Assembly: GCA_963674945.2 (NCBI GenBank)
Contig: CAXXWQ010000004.1
Location: 1,376,001-1,440,000 of the forward strand
From: an uncultured Desulfosarcina sp.
GTDB taxonomy: Bacteria > Desulfobacterota > Desulfobacteria > Desulfobacterales > Desulfosarcinaceae
Reading direction: 5' to 3'
DNA: 64,000 nt
Shown here: piece by piece, positions 1 to 10,761 of the stretch
Layout of the letters: every line of letters begins with the position of its first letter
Numbering within the stretch: position 1 is the stretch's first letter
Program-made: the position numbers and the translations under genes
The notes under the pieces: model-generated
The model's database searches: none
Told to the model about the DNA's origin: nothing
The model's input: only the letters and a program-made list of their open reading frames with translations

Positions 1-2
1 TC

Positions 3-833
3 ACACCGGATATCAAGGAAATTCTCATCGACGATGAGGCCATTTACCAGGAGGTGAAAAATTTCGTTCATATCATTGCGCCCAAGCAGACCGGTATCAT
101 CAAACTCCATACGTCGGATAAACCCATCTTCACCCGTTTCCAGCTGGAAGATCAGATCGCGACCATCTTCAACAACCGCGTACACTTAAAATCGGGCGGT
201 TCCGTCGTATTGGAACGGACCGAAGCACTGGTGGCCATCGACGTCAACTCAGGCAAAGGGACCCAGAAAAAAAACATCGAGGAGACCGCATTGATGACCA
301 ATCTCGAAGCGGCATCGGAAATCGCCCGCCAACTTCGGATTCGGGATCTGGGTGGACTCATCGTCATCGATTTCATCGACATGCGGGATCAAAAACACCG
401 CAGTCAGGTGGAAAAAGCTCTTCGCAGCGCCATGAAACAGGATCGGGCCCGGGTAAAAATCGGAAAAATTTCCAAATTCGGCCTCTTGGAACTCTCACGA
501 CAACGCCTGCGCCCCTCCATCGATTTCGGAAACATGGAGACCTGCGCCCGTTGCGGCGGCAAGGGCCAAGTACCATCGACGGAGTCGCTGGGCTTGAAAT
601 TTCTTCGAAAACTGAAATTGGATACCCTGAAAGGGGATATCCTGCAAGTCACCGCCCAACTGCCGGTGTCCATCGCCACCTATCTGCTCAATCGGAAAAG
701 AAAAGAGCTTTTTGCCCTGGAAGAAAAACGGGACATCTGCATCACAATCATAGCCCGGGACGATCTGATTCCCGGGCAGATGGAAGTGGCGTACGACAGG
801 AAAAACAAAAGCGAAGAGAATACCAACGCGTAA
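3..833 (+). CDS. Rne/Rng family ribonuclease (RNase E/G), 5' end outside the window
   Basis: Frame is open from position 3 (TPDIKEILIDD...). Motifs AIDVNSG, TNLEAA, RLRDLGGLIVIDFIDM-like and a CxxC Zn-link (CARC). Confidence 0.93.
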   Translation, partial: TPDIKEILIDDEAIYQEVKNFVHIIAPKQTGIIKLHTSDKPIFTRFQLEDQIATIFNNRVHLKSGGSVVLERTEALVAIDVNSGKGTQKKNIEETALMTNLEAASEIARQLRIRDLGGLIVIDFIDMRDQKHRSQVEKALRSAMKQDRARVKIGKISKFGLLELSRQRLRPSIDFGNMETCARCGGKGQVPSTESLGLKFLRKLKLDTLKGDILQVTAQLPVSIATYLLNRKRKELFALEEKRDICITIIARDDLIPGQMEVAYDRKNKSEENTNA

Positions 834-946
834 GGGCCGGTTTGCTTGCGCAAACCCTGTCACCTGGCTTGTAAAACCAGGATGATCGCATGTAGATTTG
901 ATTCACGGCATAGGCTTGTCCGGCTGAACACGGGGAAGGCGGATGG

Positions 947-1061
947 AAGTGCCTATCGTGTGCGAAAGTGCCTAACGTTGATGTATTCTGCCTTTTACCA
1001 TAAAACGGGAAAGTGAAACGACTCCTGAACTTTAGCGCACCTTAGTTCGCTTTGGGCACTT
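947..1061. repeat. Degenerate palindromic intergenic element with roughly 9-nt periodic arms
   Basis: Left arm aagtgccta..aaagtgcctaacgtt (947-979) is an imperfect reverse complement of aactttagcgcacctt..tttgggcactt (1028-1061). The core resembles that of the 49429 element. Confidence 0.6.
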
Positions 1062-1249
1062 GAGTTCACTACATCATCGCCACTTGCGATTCCCCTGATC
1101 GCAAAACAAGAACCAATTGACGGGGCCGGTGTTTTGCAGTATACCAGCGCCACAGCCGGATGATGATCCTACGGCAAAAAATGGCCGCGTGTGCCCTACA
1201 AAATGGCACCGGGCCTTACTTTGTTACAACAGAGGAGGTTTTTTCACCG

Positions 1250-1612
1250 ATGAATATCGCTTATGCAATGGGACAGGCAGGAACAGGCGCCCAGGGGGGA
1301 GCTGGAGGATTCGCATCGTTTGTTCCGCTGATTCTCATGTTCGTTATTTTCTATTTTTTGCTGATTCGCCCCCAGCAGAAAAAGACCAAAGCACACCGGG
1401 AGATGATCGACAACCTTAAAACAGGTGACAGAATCATCACCAGCGGCGGCCTCCATGGCCGGGTCACCGGTGTATCCGACAACACCTTGACGGTGGAAAT
1501 CGCCGAGAAGGTTCGCGTAAAGGTGAACCGCGCCAGTGTATCCGCCCTTTTGCAGACCAACGCAACTGCGGCCCCGTCGAAAAAAGATAAAAAAGACAGC
1601 GGCAAAGCCTAA
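1250..1612 (+). CDS. yajC: Preprotein translocase subunit YajC
   Basis: FYFLLIRPQQKK and GDRIITSGGLHG motifs. ATG at 1250 follows the SD GAGGAGG. Lies upstream of secD. Confidence 0.95.
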   Translation: MNIAYAMGQAGTGAQGGAGGFASFVPLILMFVIFYFLLIRPQQKKTKAHREMIDNLKTGDRIITSGGLHGRVTGVSDNTLTVEIAEKVRVKVNRASVSALLQTNATAAPSKKDKKDSGKA

Positions 1613-1748
1613 ATACACCTCGTTTTCCCTTATATTGCCCCAATGCCATCGATAAACCGCCCCTGTAGGCGCCCAATCGCCAGCGGTAGTGCACGGAATC
1701 AGGCGTCCAATGGGGTTTTGGCAGTAAGGTCATGAAAGGAACGATGCA

Positions 1749-3326
1749 TTGAAGAATCTTTCGTGGAGACTGGTACTGATTGCTGCAGTGATCGTGGTTG
1801 CGATCATCTATGTAATCCCGACATTCAAGCCCGGCATCTGGCCCCACAAGAAAATCAACCTGGGTCTCGATTTGCAGGGGGGGATGCACTTGGTGCTGGC
1901 GGTGGATGTCGAGAAGGCCGTCGAAAACACCGTGGAGCGCATCGAGCAGGAACTGCGGGAGCAGCTTCGGAAAGAACGAATCCGAACCCTTGGTATCGAT
2001 CGGGTGGAAGGCATCAAGTTGGCCGTGAAGGTGGAACAGCAGGATAGTATTCAGCGTTTCGACAATCTGCTCGATGACGAATTTCCCGACCTGCGCACGT
2101 CCCACCGCAAAGTCGAAAACGGAGTCCTCTCCCTGGTGCTTGACATTCCCGAAAAGGAATCCGAGCGGATCCGAAAACTGGCCGTGGACCAGGCCTTGGA
2201 GACCATACGCAACCGTATCGACCAATTCGGCGTCAGCGAGCCGGACATCCGCATTCAAGGAGAACGGCGCATCCTGGTCCAACTGCCGGGAATCAAGGAT
2301 ACCCAACGTGCCAAGGAGTTGATTGGCAAGACCGCATTGTTGGAGTTCAAACTTTTGGACGAGACCCACGATGTGGATGCCGCACTGGCCGGTAATGTAC
2401 CCGCGGGCAGTGAAATCCTCTACGAAACCGAGAAGGATCCGAATACCAATCGAACCCGCAAGATCCCCTACCTGGTCAAGAAACGGACCAGCCTGACCGG
2501 TGCATACCTGACCGACGCCAGGGTACAGATCGACAGCCAGTATAACGACCCTTATGTCTCCATCACCTTCGATCGAAAAGGGGCACGGCTCTTCGAGCGC
2601 ATCACCGAGGAAAACGTCAAGAAGCGCCTGGCCATCGTCCTGGACGACAATGTCTACTCGGCGCCGGTGATTCAGGAAAAGATCGCGGGCGGGGAAGCCC
2701 GTATCACCGGCAGTTTCACGACGGAAGAGGCGCGTGACCTGGCGATCATCCTGCGGGCCGGTGCCCTTCCGGCACCCGTTGAGATCCTGGAAGAACGGAC
2801 CGTCGGCCCCTCCCTGGGAACCGACTCCATCCGCATGGGTCTTTGGAGCATGTGCGTGGGAGGGATCCTGGTGGTGGTGTTCATGGTGATCTACTACAAA
2901 GGCTCAGGATTGGTGGCTGATTTTGCCCTGGTTCTCAACATTTTGTTAATCGCCGGTGGGTTGGCCGGCTTCGGCGCCACCCTCACCTTGCCCGGCATCG
3001 CGGGGATCATCTTGACCATCGGCATGGCCGTGGATGCCAACGTTTTGATTTTCGAACGCATCCGGGAAGAGATGACCCTGGGCAAGACACCACGGGCCGC
3101 AGTGGACGCCGGTTACGACCGGGCGACCTTGACCATCCTGGATGCCAATGTCACGACCTTGATTGCCGCACTCGTGCTTTTTCAATTCGGTACCGGACCG
3201 GTAAAGGGCTTTGCCGTAACCTTGAGTCTCGGGGTCGTGGCCAGTCTGTTCACCGCCCTGGTGCTCACAAAGGCGATCTTCGATTATTTTCTGATGTATC
3301 GAAAAATTCGTGCCATCAGTATTTGA
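1749..3326 (+). CDS. secD: Protein translocase subunit SecD
   Basis: LGLDLQGG, RIDQFGVSEP, GMAVDANVLIFERIREE. TTG start. Confidence 0.97.
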   Translation: MKNLSWRLVLIAAVIVVAIIYVIPTFKPGIWPHKKINLGLDLQGGMHLVLAVDVEKAVENTVERIEQELREQLRKERIRTLGIDRVEGIKLAVKVEQQDSIQRFDNLLDDEFPDLRTSHRKVENGVLSLVLDIPEKESERIRKLAVDQALETIRNRIDQFGVSEPDIRIQGERRILVQLPGIKDTQRAKELIGKTALLEFKLLDETHDVDAALAGNVPAGSEILYETEKDPNTNRTRKIPYLVKKRTSLTGAYLTDARVQIDSQYNDPYVSITFDRKGARLFERITEENVKKRLAIVLDDNVYSAPVIQEKIAGGEARITGSFTTEEARDLAIILRAGALPAPVEILEERTVGPSLGTDSIRMGLWSMCVGGILVVVFMVIYYKGSGLVADFALVLNILLIAGGLAGFGATLTLPGIAGIILTIGMAVDANVLIFERIREEMTLGKTPRAAVDAGYDRATLTILDANVTTLIAALVLFQFGTGPVKGFAVTLSLGVVASLFTALVLTKAIFDYFLMYRKIRAISI

Positions 3327-3387
3327 GGATCCCGTATGCAGTCGGATATCGGACGGTAACGAAAAAAACCCATCGAGGAACGGATTC

Positions 3388-4422
3388 ATGCAGTTTATCA
3401 AGCCGGACATCAACATCGATTTCATCGGAAAACGGAAAATCGCCTTCGTCTTCTCCCTGATGATGATCATTATCAGCATCGCGTCATTGATTGTACACAA
3501 AGGCCCGCGTTACGGTATCGACTTTGCCGGCGGCACCCTGGTCCAGGTAAAATTCGAAGCCGCCGTTCCCATCAACCAGATCAAATCAGGACTTTCGGCC
3601 ATGGACCTGACGGCTTCGGCCGTCCAGCAGTTCGGCCATGCCGAAAACCACGAATATCTCATCCGCACCGATGCCACGATCTCGGCCATGGAGGATCTTT
3701 CCGAAAAGGTAGAAGATCAATTGAAGGCGGCAACCGGCGTACCCGTGGAAATCCGGCGTGTCGAAATGGTCGGACCGCAGGTGGGAAAGGATCTCCGGGA
3801 GAAGGCACTGTTCGCAATTTTCTACGCCCTTTTGTTCATCACCGTATACATCTCCGGTCGTTTTGAATTGAAGTGGGCCAAAAGCGCCATCGTCGCCGCC
3901 GCCATCATGGGAGCGGTTTACCTGCTCTCCCTGTTTCACGTATCCATTCCGTTTCTCATGCTGGCCGCGCTGGTGGTCTCCCTGGTCATCTTCTGGTTCT
4001 TCGAATTCAAATATGCCATGGGCGCCATCGTGGCCCTGATCCACGATGTCACCATCACCGTCGGCATTTTTTCCATCTTCGGCAAGGAGTTCACCCTGCC
4101 CATCGTAGCGGCGCTGCTGACCATCATCGGCTACTCCTTGAACGATACCATCATCGTATTCGATCGCATCCGGGAAAACCTGCGCAAGTATCACAAAGAG
4201 CCCTTGGGTACGATCTTGAACAAGAGCATCAACGAGACACTGAGCCGAACCATTCTCACCTCCATGACAACCTTGGTGGTGGTTATCGCCCTTTTCGTTC
4301 TGGGAGGCGGCATCATCCACGATTTTTCCTTCGCCCTCCTGGTGGGTGTCCTGATCGGAACCTACTCGTCTATCTACGTTGCCAGTCCCATCTTGCTGGC
4401 CTGGCAGGCCCGGAGAAAATAG
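3388..4422 (+). CDS. secF: Protein translocase subunit SecF
   Basis: GIDFAGG, IIGYSLNDTIIVFDRIREN, GTYSSIYVA. ATG at 3388 follows GAGG. Confidence 0.97.
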   Translation: MQFIKPDINIDFIGKRKIAFVFSLMMIIISIASLIVHKGPRYGIDFAGGTLVQVKFEAAVPINQIKSGLSAMDLTASAVQQFGHAENHEYLIRTDATISAMEDLSEKVEDQLKAATGVPVEIRRVEMVGPQVGKDLREKALFAIFYALLFITVYISGRFELKWAKSAIVAAAIMGAVYLLSLFHVSIPFLMLAALVVSLVIFWFFEFKYAMGAIVALIHDVTITVGIFSIFGKEFTLPIVAALLTIIGYSLNDTIIVFDRIRENLRKYHKEPLGTILNKSINETLSRTILTSMTTLVVVIALFVLGGGIIHDFSFALLVGVLIGTYSSIYVASPILLAWQARRK

Positions 4423-5535
4423 ATGTCCGGCCTGCGGCCCTGGTTCGCCTTAAAAAGCGTCCCGGGGATCGGCAACCTGTTATTTCGACGACTCGTTGAA
4501 CATTTTCAAACGCCGGAGTCCGTGTTTGACGCAGACGACAAGCAGCTTCTCGCCATTCGCGGCGTCACGGCAAAGGTGGTGGCGGGCATACGCCGGCACC
4601 GCAATGGATCCGATGCTATCGACAGGGAAATGGCATCGGTACGAAAAAAGGGATACACCGTCGTCACTTGGCAAGATCGGCGCTACCCCTCTCTTTTACG
4701 ACAGATACCGGATCCGCCCCCTTATCTGTATGTCTATGGCGCCCTGCCCGACACCGGACTGCACATCGCCGTTGTCGGCTCCCGCAATGCCACCGCATAT
4801 GGTATTTCGGCGACAAGACGGCTGTGCGGGGATTTAGCCAGACACGATGTCGCCATCGTCAGCGGCATGGCGCGTGGAGTGGATACGGCGGCCCATACCG
4901 GCACCCTCGCCGCAGGCGGTGTTACGATCGCGGTATTGGGAACCGGTTTGAACATCGTCTACCCTTCGGAAAACAGACGACTGTCCCATCAAATCGCGGA
5001 AAATGGCGCCGTCGTTACCGAATACCCCCTGGAAACCGGCCCGGATGCCCACCACTTTCCGGCCCGAAACCGCATCATCAGCGGCATGTGCCACGGCACG
5101 GTGGTGGTGGAAGCCACGGGGCGGAGTGGCTCGCTGATTACCGCCCGCCTGGCCGCCGAACAGAACCGGGAGGTATTCGCCGTTCCCGGCAATATCCACT
5201 CGTTCAAGAGCGTCGGTACCCATGACCTGATCAAACAAGGGGCAAAACTGGTGGCCCATGCCGGAGACATTTTAGAGGAATTCCAAAACACTGGAACCTT
5301 TGGTCCACCGCCATCCCAGCATTTTCCGCCTGAAGTTTCATTGACGGATGACGAAGAGGTGGTTATGGATAGTCTCGACGCCGAACCGGTTCACATCGAT
5401 GTACTGGTTCGGAAGCTGAACATGACACCGGGACGCCTGTCCGGCATCCTCGTGCAACTTGAACTAAAGGGACTGGTGGAAAACCATCCGGGCAAACGAT
5501 ACGCCCGGATTCCCGGCCCCCTGCGAAAAACGTAA
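4423..5535 (+). CDS. dprA: DNA-processing protein DprA
   Basis: AVVGSR, VSGMARGVD, FPARNRIISG, SGSLITA and a C-terminal winged helix. The dprA-topA synteny is typical. Confidence 0.96.
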   Translation: MSGLRPWFALKSVPGIGNLLFRRLVEHFQTPESVFDADDKQLLAIRGVTAKVVAGIRRHRNGSDAIDREMASVRKKGYTVVTWQDRRYPSLLRQIPDPPPYLYVYGALPDTGLHIAVVGSRNATAYGISATRRLCGDLARHDVAIVSGMARGVDTAAHTGTLAAGGVTIAVLGTGLNIVYPSENRRLSHQIAENGAVVTEYPLETGPDAHHFPARNRIISGMCHGTVVVEATGRSGSLITARLAAEQNREVFAVPGNIHSFKSVGTHDLIKQGAKLVAHAGDILEEFQNTGTFGPPPSQHFPPEVSLTDDEEVVMDSLDAEPVHIDVLVRKLNMTPGRLSGILVQLELKGLVENHPGKRYARIPGPLRKT

Positions 5536-5554
5536 AATAAAAAAGAGGTATCCA

Positions 5555-7831
5555 GTGAGTAAACCCCTGGTTGTGGTGGAATCACCCACGAAGGTCAGAA
5601 CCATTAAAAAGTATCTGGGAGGAGACTACAACGTCGCTGCCACGGTAGGCCATATCAAGGATCTGCCCAGCAAGGATCTCGGGATCGACATCGAAAAGGA
5701 TTTTACCCCCCACTACCGTACCATTCCCGGAAAGTCGAAGATACTCAGTCAGCTGAAATCCGCCGCCGGAGATACGACAGATGTGTATCTGGCCCCGGAC
5801 CCGGACCGGGAAGGGGAAGCCATCGCATGGCATACGTCGGAAGTTTTGAAGAAAAAGGGCCGCCGGTTCCACCGGGTGCTGTTTCACGAGTTGACCAAAA
5901 AAGCGATCCTGGAAGCCATGGGAAAGGCCCAGGAACTGGACCGTGACAAATACGAGGCCCAGCAGGCCCGACGGATTTTGGACAGATTGGTGGGGTACCA
6001 GATCTCCCCTTTGCTTTGGCGCAAGGTAAAAGGCGGCCTTAGCGCGGGACGGGTACAAAGTGTCGCCGTTCGCATTATCTGCGACCGGGAACGGGCCATC
6101 CATGCCTTTACACCCGTGGAGTATTGGTCCATCACCGCCAACCTCAAGGGCGAAATACCCCCCAATTTTTCCGCCAAACTGGCGCGAAAAGCGGGAAAGA
6201 AAATCGAGATTCCCGATGAGACCACTGCCAAGGCCATTTTGAAGGAACTGGAATCGGCCTCCTTCATCCTCGACAAAGTGGTCAAGCGTACCACCAAGAG
6301 AAACCCGCTGCCGCCGTTTATCACCAGCAAACTCCAGCAGGAATCCATCCGGAAACTTCGTTTTTCGGCCAAAAAAACCATGATGGTTGCCCAGCAGCTC
6401 TACGAAGGAATCGACCTGGGGCCCGGCGAGCCGGTCGGTTTAATTACCTACATGCGTACCGACTCTACCCGAATCGCCGACGAAGCGGCCTACGAGGCGC
6501 TCGGGTTAATCGAGGAAAAATACGGCAGAAACTACGCCATTGCCAAGCCGCGATTTTTCAAGAACAAAAACAAGGCCCAGGATGCCCACGAAGCCATTCG
6601 TCCGACATCGGTCTATCATACACCGGAGAAGCTCAAACCACATCTGAGCCACGATCAGCTTGCCCTGTACACCATTATCTGGCAACGATTCGTTGCCTCC
6701 CAGATGGCCCAGGCCCTGATCGACCAGAAGACGCTCTCCATCGCAGCCGGCGAATACACATTTACGGCCAGCGGCAGCTCGGTGAAATTTCCCGGATTTC
6801 TGGCAGTCTACCAAAGCGCCGACGACGAAGCGGAAAGCAATAAAAAGAGCCAGCCGCTGCCGGAATTGTCGGAGAAGACCATATTGACACTTCTGGGGAT
6901 CGACCCCAAACAGCACTTTACCCAGCCGCCGCCGCGATTCAGCGAAGCATCCCTGGTCAAGGAGCTGGAAGAGAACGGCATCGGCAGACCCAGCACCTAT
7001 GCCGCCATTTTGTCCACCATCCGGGACAAGGGGTACGTGGAAATGATCAATCGCTACTTTCGCCCGACGGAGCTTGGTTTCATCGTCAACGACCTGCTCA
7101 TGGACAACTTTCCGGAGATCCTGGACGTGGAATTCACCGCCCGTCTGGAAAACGACCTGGACCGTGTGGAACAGGCCGATGTGGAAGCACTGACCATTCT
7201 CAACCAGTTTTACGGCCCCTTCAGCAAAAAACTGGCCGAGGCCGCTGAAAACATGCTCAGCGTCAAAGGTGTCGGTATGCCCACGGACCTTACCTGCCCG
7301 TTATGTAAGAAAAATCCGTTGCGCATAAAGATGGGGAAAAACGGCCATTTTCTGGCTTGCAGCGGATATCCGGAATGTACCTATTCCAGCGATTACGAAA
7401 GGGACGAAAAGGGCGTCATCGCTCCGGTGGCGCCGGTTCAAAGCGAGGCCACCGATCAGGTCTGTGAGCTTTGCGGCAAACCTATGGTGATCAAGAGAGG
7501 CCGCTACGGCGATTTCATCGCCTGCACCGGTTATCCGGAGTGCAAGCACACGCAATCGCTCAACGGCGGTGCCAACGCCAAATCCATCGGCGTCCCTTGC
7601 CCCGAAAAAGAGTGTGATGGCGAAATCGTTGAAAAAAAATCCAAGCGGGGAAAGATCTTTTATGGTTGCAACCGCTATCCCAAATGTGAATTCGCCAGCT
7701 GGGATCGGCCCGTGGCCATCGAGTGCCCTGCCTGTAAGAATCCCTTTATGGTGGAAAAAACCACAAAGAAAGAGGGAACCATTCATGTTTGCCCCAACCG
7801 TCAATGCCGGCATAAGCAGCCGGTTGGATAA
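5555..7831 (+). CDS. topA: DNA topoisomerase I (type IA)
   Basis: VVESPTK, DPDREGEAI, SAGRVQS, catalytic ITYMRTDS, and C-terminal C4 zinc ribbons. Confidence 0.98.
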   Translation: MSKPLVVVESPTKVRTIKKYLGGDYNVAATVGHIKDLPSKDLGIDIEKDFTPHYRTIPGKSKILSQLKSAAGDTTDVYLAPDPDREGEAIAWHTSEVLKKKGRRFHRVLFHELTKKAILEAMGKAQELDRDKYEAQQARRILDRLVGYQISPLLWRKVKGGLSAGRVQSVAVRIICDRERAIHAFTPVEYWSITANLKGEIPPNFSAKLARKAGKKIEIPDETTAKAILKELESASFILDKVVKRTTKRNPLPPFITSKLQQESIRKLRFSAKKTMMVAQQLYEGIDLGPGEPVGLITYMRTDSTRIADEAAYEALGLIEEKYGRNYAIAKPRFFKNKNKAQDAHEAIRPTSVYHTPEKLKPHLSHDQLALYTIIWQRFVASQMAQALIDQKTLSIAAGEYTFTASGSSVKFPGFLAVYQSADDEAESNKKSQPLPELSEKTILTLLGIDPKQHFTQPPPRFSEASLVKELEENGIGRPSTYAAILSTIRDKGYVEMINRYFRPTELGFIVNDLLMDNFPEILDVEFTARLENDLDRVEQADVEALTILNQFYGPFSKKLAEAAENMLSVKGVGMPTDLTCPLCKKNPLRIKMGKNGHFLACSGYPECTYSSDYERDEKGVIAPVAPVQSEATDQVCELCGKPMVIKRGRYGDFIACTGYPECKHTQSLNGGANAKSIGVPCPEKECDGEIVEKKSKRGKIFYGCNRYPKCEFASWDRPVAIECPACKNPFMVEKTTKKEGTIHVCPNRQCRHKQPVG

Positions 7832-7969
7832 TTAAGAATAGAGAATTGATAATTGAAACGGAATCACACCATCTTCCCAAATTCGGTGATCAGTTCTCAG
7901 TAAAAGAAACCATGCGCTTTCAACTTTCATTCATCAACAACCATGAACTGCGAACCGAGAACCGAGAAC
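7830..7969. repeat. Degenerate heptamer tandem repeats with an inverted pair
   Basis: aattaag-aatagag-aattgat-aattgaa at 7830-7857. ttcggtgatcagttctcagt (7882-7900) is roughly complementary to actgcgaaccgagaaccgag (about 7947-7966). Confidence 0.5.
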
Positions 7970-10276
7970 GTGGAAATTAAAACCGTAGATCCGTCCCACA
8001 TCAACCGCATCGGTGGCGAACTTTCCATTAAGACCGCTTCCATCGAAGCCGTGGCCCGATTGCTGGAAGAAGGTGCCACCGTGCCATTTATCGCACGATA
8101 CCGAAAAGAGGCCACCGGCAGTCTGGATGAAGTGGCGGTTTCCAGCATCCGGGATCGACTGATCCAACTGCGGGAACTGGATGGCCGGCGGGAAACCATC
8201 ATAAAGTCCCTCGAACAACACGGTCATCTGAACGACGAACTCGAAGGAAAAATCATGTCCGCCGAGACCATGGCGGAGTTGGAAGATCTCTACCTTCCCT
8301 ATCGGCCCAGACGCAGAACAAAGGCCACTATCGCCCGTGAAAAGGGGCTCGAACCCTTGGCCATGACCATCCTGGCCCAGGACGGTACCGAACCGCAAAA
8401 GATTGCATCCGACTACCTGGATGCGGACAAAAATGTGGGGTCCATAGAAGAGGCCTTGGCCGGCGCCCGGGACATCATCGCCGAAACCATTAACGAGGAT
8501 CAGGAAGTACGCAGCCGGGTGCGGGAGCTTTTCTTTCAAAAGGCGGTCATCGAAAGCAAAGTGGTTACCGGCAAAGAGGCCGAAGGGGTCAAATACAAAG
8601 ATTATTTTGATTGGTCGGAGCCCGTTTGCCATGCCCCCTCCCATCGAATCCTGGCCATGCGGCGAGGTGAAAAGGAGGACGTGCTTAGCCTTACCATCGC
8701 TCCCGAACCGGAGCCGGCCATCGCCATTCTGGAGGATCTGTTCGTCAAAGGAAACGGCCCCGATGGTGAGCAGGTTCGACTCGCCGCCCATGACGCCTAC
8801 AAGCGTCTTCTGTCCCGCTCCATGGAGACCGAAATTCGCGTAGCCCTCAAGGAACGCGCCGACACGGAAGCCATCGGCGTTTTTGCCGACAACCTGCGGC
8901 AGCTTTTGCTGGCTTCTCCTTTGGGAGCAAAAAGGGTGATGGGCATCGATCCGGGTTTTCGCACCGGATGCAAGTTGGTCTGTCTGGACCGGCAGGGGAA
9001 ACTGCTGCACAATGAGACCATCTTTCCCCATGGCTCACAACACCAGGCCGATGAAGCCGCAAAGACACTCCAAAATTTGTGCCGACAATTTCATATTGAG
9101 GCGGTAGCGGTGGGAAACGGCACCGCAGGCCGTGAAACACAGACCTTCGTGCAGAAAACCATCGACGCCAAAGCGGTGCCGGTGATCATGGTCAATGAGA
9201 GTGGCGCTTCGGTCTATTCCGCCTCACAAATCGCCCGGGAGGAATTTCCCGACCACGATCTCACCGTCCGTGGTGCTGTTTCCATCGGTCGACGCCTCAT
9301 GGACCCATTGTCCGAGCTGGTCAAAATCGATCCCAAATCCATCGGCGTGGGGCAATACCAGCACGACGTGGATCAGTTCGCCCTCAAAGGGACGCTGGAT
9401 GACGTGGTGATCAGCTGTGTCAACGGCGTAGGCGTCGAGGTAAACCGGGCCAGCGTCCAGCTACTCACCTACGTCTCGGGTTTGGGACCGCAACTTGCCA
9501 AAAATATCGTTGCATACCGGGATGAAAACGGTGCCTTCTCCGACCGCAGGTCCCTTACAAAAGTAAAACGGCTCGGCCCCAAGGCCTTCGAACAGTGCGC
9601 CGGTTTCCTGCGGATCAAAGACGGCAACGACCCCTTGGATGCCAGTGCCGTACACCCGGAGAGCTATGCGGTGGTGCAGACCATGGCCGACGACCTGGGA
9701 TGCGACGTATCCGATCTGATCAACGATGACGCCCTGCGAAAGAAAATCGATCTGAACCGTTACGTTTCCGAAACCATCGGCATCCCCACGCTTACGGACA
9801 TTATGGAGGAATTGGCCAAACCGGGAAGGGATCCACGGGAACCCTTCGAGCATTTTGCCTTCGATGAAAACGTTAGTACCATGCAGGATTTGATTCCTGG
9901 AATGAAACTGCCCGGCATCATAACGAACGTCACCAATTTTGGCGCATTCGTGGATATCGGCGTCCACCAGGATGGTCTGGTGCACATCAGTGAACTGGCC
10001 GATCGCTTCGTGAAGACGCCTTCGGACGTGGTCCAGGTCCAGCAAAAGGTCCAAGTCACCGTAATGGAGGTGGATATCCCCCGCAGTCGTATCTCCCTTT
10101 CCATGAAGCGCCGACCTGGCGAAAAGCCTCAGCCCAAGTCCCATAACAAGCCCCAGTACAAAACGGCGCCGGGCAAACGTCGCAACCGGGGCAAACAACC
10201 ACGGAAAGAGCCGTCGGGACCAAAACCCTTCAACAACCCCTTTGCAGACGCCTTTGGCAAGGCGTCGGAGCGATAG
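7970..10276 (+). CDS. tex: Tex family RNA-binding transcriptional accessory protein
   Basis: GATVPFIARYRKEATG, GIDPGFRTGCK, SIGVGQYQHDV and a C-terminal S1 domain. Start is uncertain (ATG 7943 inside a repeat, or GTG 7970). Confidence 0.95.
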   Translation: MEIKTVDPSHINRIGGELSIKTASIEAVARLLEEGATVPFIARYRKEATGSLDEVAVSSIRDRLIQLRELDGRRETIIKSLEQHGHLNDELEGKIMSAETMAELEDLYLPYRPRRRTKATIAREKGLEPLAMTILAQDGTEPQKIASDYLDADKNVGSIEEALAGARDIIAETINEDQEVRSRVRELFFQKAVIESKVVTGKEAEGVKYKDYFDWSEPVCHAPSHRILAMRRGEKEDVLSLTIAPEPEPAIAILEDLFVKGNGPDGEQVRLAAHDAYKRLLSRSMETEIRVALKERADTEAIGVFADNLRQLLLASPLGAKRVMGIDPGFRTGCKLVCLDRQGKLLHNETIFPHGSQHQADEAAKTLQNLCRQFHIEAVAVGNGTAGRETQTFVQKTIDAKAVPVIMVNESGASVYSASQIAREEFPDHDLTVRGAVSIGRRLMDPLSELVKIDPKSIGVGQYQHDVDQFALKGTLDDVVISCVNGVGVEVNRASVQLLTYVSGLGPQLAKNIVAYRDENGAFSDRRSLTKVKRLGPKAFEQCAGFLRIKDGNDPLDASAVHPESYAVVQTMADDLGCDVSDLINDDALRKKIDLNRYVSETIGIPTLTDIMEELAKPGRDPREPFEHFAFDENVSTMQDLIPGMKLPGIITNVTNFGAFVDIGVHQDGLVHISELADRFVKTPSDVVQVQQKVQVTVMEVDIPRSRISLSMKRRPGEKPQPKSHNKPQYKTAPGKRRNRGKQPRKEPSGPKPFNNPFADAFGKASER

Positions 10277-10285
10277 AGGGATGGG

Positions 10286-10726
10286 ATGATCGCAGTTATT
10301 CAGCGGGTCACCCATAGCAGCGTCGCCGTGGACGGCGCCACGGTTGGTGCCATCGGCCCCGGCATCAACCTGCTGCTCGGGGTGGCCGAAGGAGACAAGA
10401 AGGCCGATGCCGAATACATGGCGGCCAAAGTGGCCAACCTTCGCATCTTCGAAGATGACAATGGCAAAATGAACCGTTCACTGTTGGATACACGGGGAGA
10501 AATGCTTGTGATCTCTCAATTCACTTTGTTGGGAGACTGTCGCAAGGGAAGACGTCCCTCCTTTGTCAAGGCAGCAGCGCCGGCGGTCGCAAAAGAGCTT
10601 TACGAATATTTCATCGACCGGGTAAAAGCCCTCGGCATCGAGGTTCAGGCGGGCCGGTTCGGCGCCATGATGCAGGTCCAAATCGCCAATGACGGTCCGG
10701 TCACGCTACTGGTTCACAGTAAGTAA
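10286..10726 (+). CDS. dtd: D-aminoacyl-tRNA deacylase
   Basis: AVIQRV, SQFTL, KGRRPSF, NDGPVT. Confidence 0.97.
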   Translation: MIAVIQRVTHSSVAVDGATVGAIGPGINLLLGVAEGDKKADAEYMAAKVANLRIFEDDNGKMNRSLLDTRGEMLVISQFTLLGDCRKGRRPSFVKAAAPAVAKELYEYFIDRVKALGIEVQAGRFGAMMQVQIANDGPVTLLVHSK

Positions 10727-10761
10727 TTGTTCGTTCATCACCCTTTACGCAAAGGAGACGG

